This document shows positions 1-19,206 of a DNA stretch of 64,000 bases, one piece after another. Where the stretch lies: the NCBI RefSeq assembly GCF_009914755.1, contig NC_060941.1; one strand, given 5' to 3'. Source of the stretch: the human T2T-CHM13v2.0 reference genome, Homo sapiens. Below the pieces are notes generated by a model. That model saw only the letters and a list, made by a program, of their open reading frames with translations. It ran no database searches and was not told the DNA's origin. Each line of letters begins with the position of its first letter. The stretch's first letter is position 1. Made by a program: the position numbers and the translations under genes.

Positions 1-4099
<4,099 letters not shown>

Positions 4100-4241
4100 T
4101 CAAGGACGGTCCGGCGGGGCTGCGGGCATGGGGCCGGGCCCGGGGCGCCGCGCTGCGCTGGCTGCGCTGCGGAGCCCAGCCGCCGGCTCCTGCCTCGCGC
4201 CTCCCTCCTGCTGCGCTGCCGGACTGAGCGCCGCGGCCGCC

Positions 4242-4297
4242 GCCTCCCGCCTCCCGCCTCCCGCCTGCAGCCTCCCGCCTGACTCCTCCCGCCTCCT
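4242..4297. repeat. Degenerate (GCCTCCC)n heptamer repeat near the C1QL1 transcription start
   Basis: gcctcccgcctcccgcctcccgcctgcagcctcccgcc... Confidence 0.75.
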
Positions 4298-5764
4298 TGA
4301 GCCGGGCCACCGCCCCCTCGGCCGGGCCCCGCCCCGCCAGCTCCGCGCGGCTCTGGGCTCTCTAGGGGTGGGGCTGCGGGCGGGGCCGGCGCCTAATTGG
4401 GCCGCGGGCGCCTCGAGGTGGGCGGGGCATAAGGGGGCGGGGCCGCGGAGACCCCGGGCGGGAGCAGGGAGAGGAAAGAAGAGACTGAGTACGCGGAGAC
4501 CGAGATTCGGAAATGGGGTGGGGGCCGGGGTCCGAGAGACCCGAGAGGCGCTCCAAGGGAAGGGGAGAGTAGGGACCAAAATGCGAAAGGGAGAGAGGGC
4601 CACAGGGAGAGCTAGAGAGCTCCGAGGGGATCGGGAGAGGAGAGGCTTCGAGGGTCGGTCACCAGGAAAACAGAGGGACTGGGGTCGCGACGGGCCAAGA
4701 CCCGCAGGGGGCGGAAGCGAGGGGATAGCGCCCAGGTCTGCAGGGGACAAAGAGCGATTGAGGGGAGGACGGAGCGGGGAGCTGGAAGGTAGGATGAGAA
4801 AGGGGGTTATGAAGCGAAGAAGAGGATACGGAGGGGACCATTTGGCACTCAGGCCTCGCAGACCACCCGTCTGGGAGATCCAGATATCGGATGAATGCCT
4901 GTCCGGGGGCCCAGCGGAGCCAGACGGCAGCCGCCTCCTCCTTTCTGGATCTGACTGTTCCGGGACCCGTCTCCCCCGAGGTGGGGCAGGAGCTTCCAAC
5001 CCCTCCTCGCCTCTGCCCCTTCCTCACCGAACTGTGGCCAGGCTGCTTTTTCCTGGGCCCTTTTCTTCCATCTCCCTCTGCTCAATCCCTTTACTTCTGC
5101 CTCTAGACCAGGGAGAAAAGGGGATCCTAAAAAGGTGGGCACCCCCACGTTATTTCTCCATGCTGACAGATGCAAATACGTCCCTGAGGGGTAACCCCCT
5201 TTTCCAGCCTCCAGGATGAGGGGTGGATCTCATCCAGCCCCTCAGCTCCTCCTCCCTCACTCCCCAGCCTCCTCCGCCGCCCCCTAACTCTTCTCCCCAT
5301 CAGGCTGTGGGAGGCTCTCCTCTTCCTCAAGTGCAGCAAAGTGTTTAGGTTGCATAAACCGAAACGTGTCTGCTTCCATCAAAATATTTGTCACATTATC
5401 TGAGGCCCAGGTCGGGCTGCTCCACCGCTCCTCCTTCGCCCTCCTTTATCCGGCCCACCGGGGAGGATTCAGCCATTCGGAGGCGACTGGCCGGCTGCTA
5501 AAGAATGACATCCCAGCCTCTCCTCTCCCGAGAGGTACCCCCCGCCGGCTCACACTCTCCCTGTTGACCCTTCACCATGGGCAAAATGATTCCCTGGCCT
5601 TCCCTACCCAAGGTTGAGGTCGCTCACCTCATCCAGAGCTGGGAGTAGAAGGACACAGGGACATCCAACGAGGGGGCTGTGAAAGAGGACCCTCCAAGCA
5701 CTAATGGCTGAGGCCAGGTTGGAGTGACCCCACCACCACCAAGGAGGGAGCTAAAAAATTTTCA

Positions 5765-6000
5765 ATAAGTAGCATTTATTCAGGGTTTACTCTGTGCTAG
5801 GCCCTGTGTTGAATGTTTTACATACATGATCACCCTTGATCTTCACATCAGTCCAAAGAAGTAAAATCCAAGATTATTTTAATTTTACAGATGGAGAACT
5901 GAGGCTCTGGGAAGTTAAGAGATTTGCTTAAAGTCACACAACTAATAAGTGGGAGAGCCGGGACTCAAACTCGTAGCCTGGCTCCAGGCTCTTCCAACCT
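5765..6000 (-). mobile_element. MIR
   Basis: MIR core attttacagatggagaactgaggct...gatttgcttaaagtcacacaact. Confidence 0.8.
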
Positions 6001-6089
6001 CAGCGCGATAGAGTCTCTAGGTACCGTTTACTGCCCAAAGCCCAGGGGTAGGGGGCTCAGGGCAGCCAGACCTCCCTAGGCTCAGGAAG

Positions 6090-6660
6090 AGTAGTCTTCA
6101 GCGCTCGGCTGTCAGGCAATCCGGTCCCCGGTTCCCCACGGCGGTCTCCTCGGTGTGCCCCACCAAGAGCGACAGGGCTGGTGACCCGAGGGGCGCGTGC
6201 GCGGTCGTCAGCCTGGGATTTGCACGGACCCCCTTCTCCCTAGTACGCTCGCTCGGGGGCCCCTCCTCTGCTACGCCGCTGGGGCTCGCCCGCCACCCAC
6301 AGCCCTCGCAGAGCCCTCCGGGCACACCGCGGCTGGCCGCCCGGGGCCAAGGATGGGGCGGGAGCGCCCACCCACCCCCGCGCCGGCCGGGGCATCCAAG
6401 AGGCGCGCTCGCAGCCACACGGCGCCCCGCCTCCCGCTCCGAAAAAGCTCCTGCTCCCCTGGCGCGGTGTGGCGTCTCCGTCAGCCCAGCCGGATTCTCC
6501 CCGCTTCGCTGGAGTGGAAAATAACGGCTTCAAACTTTGCAGAGAGGAGCTGGTGCCAGCACTTTAATTAACAGCCATCTTGGCCTGTGAGCTGGGGCCA
6601 CCGGCTTGGCGCCTCCCCTGGGCTCGCCAAGCCCCGCCCTGGCTCCGCCCAGGCCCCCAA
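6090..6660. promoter_or_regulatory. Second CpG island ~2 kb upstream of C1QL1
   Basis: CpG-dense unique sequence with TTAATTAA (~6563), a YY1-like GCCATCTT (~6574) and GC boxes (~6632-6650). Confidence 0.7.
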
Positions 6661-6889
6661 AGAAGCACCCCTTAACCACCTACCCGACCCTCCACCCCCA
6701 TCCCCTGCTCTCAGCGCCCCTCTTTCCGGGAGATGAGGGCTTGGCTGATTGGGGAGAGAGTGCTGCCTTGAGGGGCATCTCCCAGCTTAACACCTGAAGA
6801 CAGTCACAACCCCCCCATCCGCCATACTGCCCCCCAACATTGTTTAAAGCTGGACTGTTGAAGATTCTGAAATTAAAGACCTGAGTGCC

Positions 6890-7205
<316 letters not shown>

Positions 7206-7560
7206 CTACCCAGCAGCCCCTGGCATCCTTTGGTAAAAGGGTGGTTGTGAGGATTAAATGATGTATTACGTATGTAAAGTCCTGGGCTCAGTATCTGACC
7301 CTTATTATACACCTCGTAAATGGTAGCTAATATAACTATTTCACCTCAAGGCCAAGAAAGCCCTCTCAGGAGACCCCCGGGCCTTGGGTCTACTTGGTCC
7401 TGCCAGCTTCCTACCCATTGCTGTCCTTGACACTAGGAGAGGGGGACAATGGACCTAGGCTCCCAGGTTCAGAGATGGAACTGGATGAGTGAGGGAAGAA
7501 CCCTGAAGTTCCGGCTTCCAGGCCTCTTCTTCAACCACCTGCTAAGAACAAGGACTCAGG

Positions 7561-7879
7561 TTTTCTTTTTTTTCTTTCTTTCTTTTTTTTTTTTTTGAGA
7601 CTGAGTTTCGCCCTTGTTGCCCAGGCTGGAGTGCAACCGTGCGATCTCGGCTCACCCCAACTCCGCCTCCCAGGTTCCAGCCATTCTTCTGCCTCAGCCT
7701 CCCGAAGAGCTGAGATTACAGGCACGTGCCACCATGCCCAGCTAATTTTTGTATTTTTAGTACAGACATGGTTTCACCATGTTGGCCAGGCTGGTCTCAA
7801 ACTCCTGAGCTCAGGTGATCTGCCTGCCTGGGCTTCCTGCTGGGATTACAGGCTTGAGCCAGCTTGCCCAGCTGGGGCC
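7561..7879 (-). mobile_element. Alu
   Basis: TSD AGGACTCAGGTTTTC at 7551 and 7880. Confidence 0.92.
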
Positions 7880-8568
7880 AGGACTCAGGTTTTCAGAAGC
7901 GAAAAGGGAGGGAGGGTTTCAAGGTAAGGAGGGCGGCTGCACTCTCTGTAGCTGGGATGCTGTCAGTGGGGGGCTGAAGGTCTAACTTTGCTTCCCGAAC
8001 TTCTATGAGTGTGAGGGGTCACTCCCACAGCCCCCATCTGGAATGACCCTACCATAGGAACTCCTACAGTGAGGGGGTGGTGCCGACAGCCCCAGTCATT
8101 CCAGGCATTGAGGTAGATTGTGGAAGGTACAGGGAAGAGCGTAGGTAAGGCTTTTTACCCAGGCATGACTGGCACTGACTTTAGGAACTGAGTGACTGTT
8201 CTGTGGTATTTTGGGGTTCTTTGAATGAATGTGAGTGGGTGTGAATGTGTAAGAGGCTGTTGATGTTGCTGTGTGTCTGGGTTTGGGAGTGAGGAAGGGG
8301 GGTGCTGTGCCCTGACTCATCAGCTGCTGGATCTGCATTGAGTTGTTTTTACATTTACTGAAAACAGCTAGCTAGGTCCTGCCTGGGTGAAAACACCTAG
8401 CTAGGTGGTGATGGTGTGTCCCAAGATGAGTAGGACCGGAAGGCTGAGCGGTGCCCCTGAGGAGTTCACTGTTTGGTGGGGGACACGTGCAGAAAGATAG
8501 GATACTTTGCCACAATAATTACCATAGCTAACAGTTTTTGAGCACTTACAAAGTGCAAGATCCTGTTC

Positions 8569-8864
8569 TTTTTTTTTTTCTTAGATGGATTCTCTCTCTG
8601 TCGCCCAGGCTGGAGTGCCGTGGTGCGATCTCGGCTGACCGCAAGCTCTGCCTCCTGGGTTCACGCCATTCTCCTGCCTCGGCCTCCGGAGTAGCTGGGA
8701 CTACAGGTGCCTGCCACTATGCCTGGCTAAGTTTTTTGTATTTTTAGTGGAAACAGGGTTTCACTATGTTAGCCAGGATGGTCTCGATCTCCTGACCTTG
8801 TGATCCACCCCCAATAGGCCTCCCAAAGTGCTAGGATTACAGGCATGAGCCACCGCGCCTGGCC
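8569..8864 (-). mobile_element. AluY inserted in a MIR (~8520-9030)
   Basis: TSD AAGATCCTGTTCTT at 8557-8570 and 8865-8878. Confidence 0.92.
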
Positions 8865-9049
8865 AAGATCCTGTTCTTAAGCACTTTTATGGATTATCTC
8901 ATTTACACTTAACCTATTATCATGGATTTAAAACTATTACATGGCTTATGTCACGTACTAGTATTAACCTCATGAGGTAGGTACTATCATTTTCCCCATT
9001 TTATGGCTGAGGAATCTAAGGCTTGGGTAGAAATTTGTAGGAGGTGTTA

Positions 9050-10760
<1,711 letters not shown>

Positions 10761-10869
10761 ATTGGCTGACTTATTGACAGATTAGTTGGGGATGGGGATG
10801 GAGTAGGGGGCAGGAGACTTCCAGGCTTCTGGAAGGATCTTGAGATGTTTATTGAATGAAGGATGGATG

Positions 10870-11110
10870 GATGCTATTGCTGTTGCCTGGGTACTGATAT
10901 GTGCCAGGTGCTTCACATACTCTATTTCATTTACCCCTCACCAAAAGTCTAAGGAATATGCATGATCTCCATATTGGAGATAAGGATGCTGAGACTTAGA
11001 GAGGTTCAGTGACTGGCCCAGGATCATACAGCTGGTAAGAGGGAGAGCAGGATTGGAACTCAGGTCTGTTTGACCCCAGGTGGGGGCTCTTTACACTCCC
11101 ACTCTACCTA
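10870..11110 (-). mobile_element. MIR
   Basis: gataaggatgctgagacttagagaggttcagtgactggcccaggatcatacagct. Confidence 0.75.
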
Positions 11111-11395
11111 GCCCAGCAGGCACACACCTGGTGGGGAAGACAAGGAAAGGTACTTTAGGGTCAAGACCCAGGAGTATAAAAGGCGTATTTTTGTTTTCTG
11201 GTTGAAGCCACCAGTCTACAGCCCTGGCTTGGGCAGGATGAGGAGCTGGGCACCAGGAGGCAGAGACCATCTCTCAAGGCCCAGTGAGGATACCAGTTTG
11301 CCATGTGTGTTTGGGGATGTCTCATCACGCCCATCCATTTCTTTCTCTGGGCTGGGTAATTTTCTGGCTCTGAGAGGCTGTATTTCTTACATTAA

Positions 11396-11711
<316 letters not shown>

Positions 11712-13167
11712 CATTTTAAACCCCAAGATGACTTTTGAATTCAGACATTTCCAGATCCTTCTTGTGAAAACCCTCCATAATTTCAGCATCCTTTTGGAGA
11801 GGGGGACTTTGGCCAGAAAGTATGGGAGAATGGAAGTTGAGTTGCAATTTGGGGTGGGGGTTAGGGTATGCCTCAGTGGGCTGAACTAGGCTGGGTCTCA
11901 GAACTCCTGAGTCCGGATCAGGCCTCAGAGGTTGATGAGGGGAGTTTGTTCAGGGGCCTCTCTTCCCAGCTCCATCTTCTGAGGAGGAAAGAGTGGGATT
12001 CAGCTGGCAGAGCCCAAGTACCCAGGTCACAGGCAGATTTTCTTATGCCTCTCTCACCAGAGAACCCTGAGCCTTGTGTCTGGGGTTCCAGGGACCTGCC
12101 CGGTCCTGGGGGTCCTCCCTACCCATTCTGATCGGCAGCTGCCTGCTGCCCATTCCAAATTCAGTTCCAGGGACACAGCTCCGAAAAGGCCCCACGGGAG
12201 GGAGGGAGAGACCTAAGGGGAGGGGCTATCTCCCCTCAGCCCAGCCTGCGGCTCCCAGCTGCATGTATAAGTGATGAGGCTCCACAGCCCCAACAGGAAC
12301 CAATATAATGGCAGGTGCGCCGGGTCAGCTGGAGAGACAGATAGCAGGACGCGGGAGTGACAGGCGGTGCAATTATGCTGAGCCTCCTGCAAAGGCGGCA
12401 GAGAAGGCCCCGCCTGGCCAGCATGGCCCGCAGCCTCCCCACTCCCTCCCACAGGCCTTCCAGCCCCACCAGCCCCCAGCCCCACTCCAAGGTAAGATGC
12501 GGGGAGGCAGAGGATCCAGGGCTAGTTGGGAGCAGCTGGTCTTCCTGATTTCTGGGTCTGAGGAGGGGGGTATCAGGGAGAAAGCCTCCTACTCCCCAGA
12601 AAGCTTCCTCTTTGGAAGCCCTGTCCCTTCTAGGGAAAATGTCCCTTCTTCTTCCCACCTCAGGAGATCATAGGACTTAAGGTCTGGAGAGGTCTTAGAG
12701 ACCCCACCTTTGACAGACAGGGAAACTGAGGGCCTGAGAGGGAAATAGCTTGCCTAAGGTCATAGAGCCAATCTGAGGCGGAGCCAAACGGGAATCCCAG
12801 GGGCTCTTTCCAGGATGGATGAGAGACCCCAGGGTGAGGGGAGGAGGGCCAATTGCTGGCCTCTGTGCTTCGGGGAGCAGGGGGGTTCCTCACAGAGCCT
12901 CTGAGGGTGGACATGGAGGGTGAGGCTCAGGGAGGTCTTACAGCTGGGTGTGTGGTTGGAACTATGGCTGCAGCAGTATCCTTGCAGGGCACCAATCAGC
13001 CAGGGTTGGGGGTGGCCCAGCCCCCTTCCATGTTCAGAGAGGGGTCTTTGAGTACCTCATCTCCATACATTTGAGGACAGGGTCAGAGAGGGGGTCTCTG
13101 GTGTGGCAGAGCCAGAAGAGCTGAGCAGTGGGTGCTTAGTAAATGTTCATCAAACTGAACTCCTACA

Positions 13168-13342
13168 CAGGGCCGGCTTCATAGATGTGCCACCTGTTGG
13201 TGGCAAGGGCCCCGCACACAAAAGGGACCTGAACTTGGTTTAATGCTCTGCTATCACCACCTTGAGATTCTTAATGATTTTTGAACAACAGACTCACATT
13301 TTCAGTTCCCACCGGGTCCCACAAGTTATGTAGCTGGTCCTG
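13168..13342. mobile_element. MER91-like hAT DNA transposon remnant
   Basis: Imperfect terminal inverted repeats CAGGGCCGGCT...AGCTGGTCCTG; internal ttggtttaatgctctgct...gagattcttaatgatttttgaac. Confidence 0.7.
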
Positions 13343-15225
13343 CCCCTGAAACAGAGATGTGGTTTGTTCTTTGGAAGGGCTCCCCTGCCTCATCCCTGCC
13401 CCAACCTCATCCCAAGATGCCCCAAGCAGAGGAGGACACAGAGCTAGGAAAAGCTGATGTTTGCTGAGCTTCTTGGAGGTCTCCCCGAGTCAGGGCTGAC
13501 CAAGCATGTGTCAGGGCAGGAGAACTTGGCTGCTCTGTCCTGGCAGCCTTGCTCCCATGCACAGGCCTGCACCTTGCCTGTCTGTCCATCTGTATACCCC
13601 TATCCCTGACCCTGGCCAGGGCGGGGATGGAGGGCTGCTGGGCCACAGAGCTCCTGGTCCCAGGGGGGATTCCCTGTTGTTTGGGGAGACTTGGCCCCTC
13701 TGCTCACTCCTACCCCTGCCCCCACTAGGACGGGAGGGGTTGGTGGAGGGGGTGGGAGGCTTAATTAGCAGCCGAAGCCAGGCAGCAGGCAGGAGAGGTG
13801 GAGGGGGGCGCAGATCGGGCTGACTTTTCCCACTATAGATCTGCTCTCTGGGAGAGGCACTAGCTGGCTGGCTTAGGCTCTGGCTTGGCTATTTTAGGAA
13901 TATTCTTAACCCTTTCCATGCCACTGCCATCATCAGACTTCTCTTCCAGAGCACAGAACATCAGGCTGTCCTCTCTCCCTGTTCCCTCCTCCCCAGTCCC
14001 TGCTGTTCCTCCCTGGCAGCTGAGAAGGTCAGAGTTTTCTCAGTGGTGGGGCCAGTTGACTTTTGCCAAGGAAAACTCGCAGCCCCTGAGCCCCCTTCTT
14101 TGTTCCACCCTGAGCCTTCTCCCTCTCCACTTCCTCACAGCTCTGGACTCAGAAAAGTGGCAGACTGAGCATGGCCTCAGCTCTTCTTCTCATTTTATAA
14201 AATTGGGAGGGTTAGACTCCCCCACCCAGGGGAAAACAGCTGACCTGGATCCCAAGAGTAAGATAGGAAGCGCAGTCCTGGCTTCCAGCCTCTGGCAGAG
14301 CAGCAGCCCCTGCCTGCCTGACTTTGACGCCCACTAGGGGCGAGTTTCCAGGGGGTGTCCCACACAGCAGCCAGAGCCCCTCAGTGTCATGAGATTCCCT
14401 TTGCCTGATTTATCTCCCACTCTAGGTCCTTCCCAGGGTCTCACTTCTTGGGAAAACCTAGGCTAGGATATAGGCACCGCCTGGGCAATGCGAAGGGGAG
14501 TCCCACTGGGGACCAGGAGGGCTCAACATTGATAAATCTGAAATTCCAGCCAAGATGGGAAAGAGATCTCGGCTCTCACTGTCAGGAGTTCCTGCATCCG
14601 AGATGGGCTAGACTGAGCTGGGAGGCCCAGGACATCTGGGCGCTGTGGTGCCATCCCTCAGGCACATGACTTCTGGGACTAGAAGTTGGAGTTTGCCACA
14701 AAGTGCTATTGGGAAAGCTTGCTTTGGAAATCGAGGCATATGGCTGATGATGCCACATAAATGCCCAAGGGCTTGGGGTGTGCCTGGCACTGTGCTGGGC
14801 ACTGGGGATAGAGGATTGATAATCAAGAATCATTCTCTGCCTGAGAAAGGAAGCTCTCAGGGGCTGGTTCTCCAGGTGTCTGACCACCAGCCTGGGCCAA
14901 GTATTGACGGGCTCGGGGGAGTGAGTCCTCCCTACAGGTGCCACGTAACTCTCCCTCCTCCAGATTGTCACAACCAGCCCAGCTCCAGAAGTGACAGGGC
15001 TGGCTGGGGGTAGGGGTGAGGCCAGAAAAAATGCTTTAGTTCCTATCGGGGGCTACAGAAGGGGCTCTTGTGATGGGGGTCACTGAGCTGCAGGTCTTCC
15101 AGCTTCCAATCTAGAAAGAGCCTGATGGATTGATCGTGGGTCCAGGGAAAGATTTTGAGTTCAAAGACGTAATACCCTCCAGGGACTCCAGGAGAATTTT
15201 CTGTGTCATGTAAAAAGTAAGAAGA

Positions 15226-15370
15226 GGCTGAGTGTGGTGGCTCGGCCCTGTAATCCCAGTCCTTTGGGAGGCAGAGGCAGGAGGATTGCTTGAAGCCAGG
15301 AGTTGAGATCACAGGCTGGGCAACATGGCAAGACCTTGTCTCTACAGAAAAAAAAAAAAAACAAAAACAC
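15226..15370 (+). mobile_element. FLAM / Alu left monomer
   Basis: Single monomer followed by an A tail. Confidence 0.85.
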
Positions 15371-16256
15371 AAGAAGATCCCTCTCTTTGCCCCTAATTGA
15401 GAGACATGACTAGAAGGCAGGAGGTTGGCTGTCGAGTGGGGAGTGCTTATCAGGTAGGGGTGGGGCAGGTTTCCCATGTTATCTTGGAAGGTATTTCTGG
15501 CTCTACAGTTCCTGATGAAGACATACTCGAGCACTTTAGGCCAACCATTGGTAAAACTAGGAGCAGAACTCAGGAGTCCTGGATGCCTGCCTCTCCAGTC
15601 TCCAGTGCAGTCCCACCTCTCCTCCCCGCTGCTCCTCGATTGCTAGCTCCCTCCCTGCCAGTTTCCAGGCTGGGAGCCCCAGCTGGCGGAGGATGTCTTG
15701 CTCCTCAGCAGCTGGGATTTGTAAATATTTATAGGAACATGGAACAGATCAGTGGCTGACAGGCCCAGGGAGCGGGCAGGGCCCTGCCCGGAGCTCAGCA
15801 GCTTCACTCCCCCTTCCCACACCCTGGCCTGATTTGAGGGAGCCCAGGATGACAAAGAGGGGGTGATCAAGGAGGGTATGGGGCCGGCAGCCTCTATATC
15901 CAGGAACACGAGCTTGAAGGATGCGTTTGTCCATCTGCCCTGGGCTCCGCTTTCACACCCAGTCACTCACATCCTTCCACCCTCACCACAGCTCACCTGC
16001 GTGCTCATGTGGCCAAGGCCACACTGACCCCCACCCTCACTCTTTCAACACTTCACTGTCACACTCACACATGTACACACATGCTTTCCAACTCCCACGT
16101 CCACGTTGATACTCACTCTCATAGGCTCACACTTTTGCACACTCACCACCTCATGCTCACAGACCCACTGGGGGCCCAGATCCCAGCCACTCCCCATAGG
16201 TCTTAACACAGGTCCTGGGAGGGCAAGTCCTGTTTCCTATCTGAGGTGGGGTATGA

Positions 16257-16259
<3 letters not shown>

Positions 16260-16307
<48 letters not shown>

Positions 16308-16311
16308 TGTA
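16260..16311. repeat. (TG)n microsatellite
   Basis: Direct inspection. Confidence 0.95.
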
Positions 16312-18179
16312 TGCATGCTTGTAGGGAGCAGGAGGGAACAGGTCCTGAAGTCAGGAAGTGAGGAAGAGGGAGGAGAGAGGGAGAGAGGCATGGACCAAGG
16401 GCCATTCAGAGCTGATAGAAGCCTGGTGTGGAAGCAAGGCAGAGACAAAGGCAAGGCAAAGAAATAGAGACTGACAAGGGTCAAGCCAGAGGGGGAAGGG
16501 GGTGGGGACCAAGGCCCCCCCACCCAGATGAGAAGCTGTCACATTGCTGCTCCGGTGGCCATGAGACCAGCACCACCCCCAGCTGGAGCCTTTCCCCTCT
16601 GGATCTTGTCACTGTGGCTTTGCTGCTTGGGCAGCCGGGAGTGGTGACAAGCAGGGAAGACAGTCCCCAGGGCAGCTGGCCATGCCACTCCAGCCTGGCT
16701 GCCAGCTCACCCATCACTGCCCATCTCATCACCCACAGGGGCCCAGATGAAACCAGGAATCGGCCTGGCTGCCCTTGCCTCCCAGTGTCACAGTAGAGAG
16801 CAGGGGAGCCACTGGCCCCCTCCCCAAAACGTGGGCAGTGTTAACCACACCTTGCCCAGGTCCCTGGACCTTGAAGCTGGACTTGGGGAGAATGGGCCAA
16901 CTCTCTGCTCCCAGGCACCCAGGACCTGCTAGACAGGGAAGGAACTGGTGAATGAGACAGGGTGCTTGAGGAGGGGGTTGGGGAATGAAGCCACTATGAG
17001 GAACCCAGTGTGTTTTGGGCATAAACTTTTTATTTCGTCGCTTTACCATGCACAAGAATGATGACCCCACATGCCCCTGGTGCTGTGTTAAATAATCGTC
17101 CTTCTCGCCTCGGGTCTGTCTCACGGTATTAGTTCTGGGGCATCAATCAGCCAGTTTGTGCTCTGCAATCTGAGAACAATCATTTCTATAAAATCAGTAA
17201 GGCAAAAAAGGAATCATAATACAAAGGAGGGAAAGTTGCACTGACTGCTGTTTTCCTGTTTTTTTAATCAGCAGTGCAGCTTTCCGTCCAGGTTTTGACG
17301 TCCTGATTGATTCATGCTTTCACGGGTTCATTCATGTATTTACTCAACAACCATTGCTCATCCGAGTGCCAGGTCCTGAGCTGCGTCCTGGGAGCCAGTG
17401 AGAAAGCCAGACAAGGTTCTTGCTTACATAGTGTTTAGAGTTGATCAAAACCAAACAAACGCACAACAAAATGTGATTCCCCCAAGGGGCCAGAGAGCAG
17501 TGTCAGAGTGCCCAGCCTGGGGACCCAGACATTGGGCTCTTCCAGTGGAACACTTGGAAATCACCCAGAATTCTTCTCTCGTCCCAGGATCAACATCTTC
17601 CCATCCCTCTCCTGCCTTGGCAGTTTCACTTTTCCTAACAATCAGGCCATCTGGTAATGGGGGGATGTACGAATGTGAAACTGAATCTCAGCTTGGACAC
17701 TCGCTGGCCAGGTGACCTTAGGCAAATTGCTTCATCTCTGAGTCACAGTTTATTTACTTTTCTGTGAAACGCAGTAAGTAATACCCATCACCAGGGTACC
17801 ATTGACTTTTTAAGTATATACGTCACCAAAGAAGGTGCCTGGTACACAGTAGGGCCTCGACCAGTGCTAGTACCTTTCCCTGCCCCTTTGCCAGTGATAT
17901 ATGCTGCATCTCTCCTCACAGGCAAGGAAAGGAAGCTTAGGGGGTATGGGGAGTGCAGGAGGACCCAGCATTCCATGTGCCATTAATCTATGTTTTATGC
18001 TGTCTTCCCAGGCATCTGATTCTGTTCTGCTCTATGGGAAGCCTCTTATTTAAGGGGAAGAGGGTGAAGAGGCCTGGCTTTGCCACCTGAACCACCTGAA
18101 TACTCCAGAGAAACAGCCCCTTTCTTCACTGTTTCTTCTTTCTCTGGCTTTCAAGTTTATAAAAGCATATTGTGGGTCT

Positions 18180-18650
18180 GGTGGTTATGGAATGTTGGTG
18201 GTAACAGTGGTGTGATGGAAGTGGTGGTGGTGGTAATGATATTGGTGGTGGTGATGGAGAAGGTGGTGGTGGTGGTAGTGATGGAGGTGCTATTGGTAAT
18301 GATGGTATTGGTGGTGATGATGCAGGTGACGGTGGAGGTAGATAATAGAGGTGGTAATTGTGGTGGTGGTGGTAGAGATGGTGGTAGCGATGGAGGTGAT
18401 GGAGGTAGTAGAGCTGGTGGTAGTGATGGAGGTGATGGAGGTGGCTGTGGTGGTGGTGGTGATAGTGATGGAGGTGATGTTGGTAATGATGGTATTGGTG
18501 GTGATGATGGAGGTGATGGTGGAGGTAGATAATGGAGGTGGTAATTGTGATGGTGGTGGCGATGGAGGGGGTAGTGGTGGTGATGATAATGATGGTAGCC
18601 ATGGAGGTGATGGTGGTGGTAGAGATGGTGGAGGTGGTGATGGTGTTGGG
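18180..18650. repeat. (GGT/GAT)n low-complexity tract with an internal duplication
   Basis: A block containing ggtaatgatggtattggtggtgatgatg...gtagataat(a/g)gaggtggtaattgtg occurs twice, 187 bp apart. Confidence 0.9.
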
Positions 18651-18849
18651 AGTTTATCTCAAAATCCCATGCTCACATTTTAAGAGCTAGAAGAGGGCTC
18701 CATTTCAGTGAATCTCTGAGGGCCAGCTATATGCCAGGCCCATGGTGCTCACCTCCTTTTCACAGCAATGCCCTGAGTTTACTATCTCCTTTTGCAGATA
18801 AGGACACTGAGACCAAATATCAAATGACCTGGTCAGAGGCATGGAGAAG

Positions 18850-19206
18850 TTTTTTTCTGTTTTTTTGTTTGTTTGTTTGTTTGTTTTTTGTTTTGTTTCT
18901 GTTTTTGTTTTTGTTTTGAGAGAGAGAGTCTTACTCTGTCACCCAGGCTGGAATGCAATGGAACGATCTCAGCTCAGCTCACTGCAACCTCCACCTTCTG
19001 GGTTCAAGTGATTCTCCTGCCTCAGTCTCCAGAGTAGCTTGGATTACAGGTGCCTGCCACCATGCCTGGCTAATTTTTGTATTTTTAGTAGAGACGAGGT
19101 TTCACCATGTTGGCCAGGGTGGTCCCGAACTCCTGACTTCAAGTGATCCACCCGCCTCGGCCTCCCAAAGTGCTGGGATTACAGACGTGAGCCACCTCGC
19201 CTGGCC
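18850..19206 (-). mobile_element. Alu
   Basis: Full antisense dimer with a (TTTG)n tail. Confidence 0.92.

Noticed and set aside
8394-8407. Perfect 14-bp palindrome CACCTAGCTAGGTG
   Set aside because: A few palindromes of this length are expected by chance in 64 kb.
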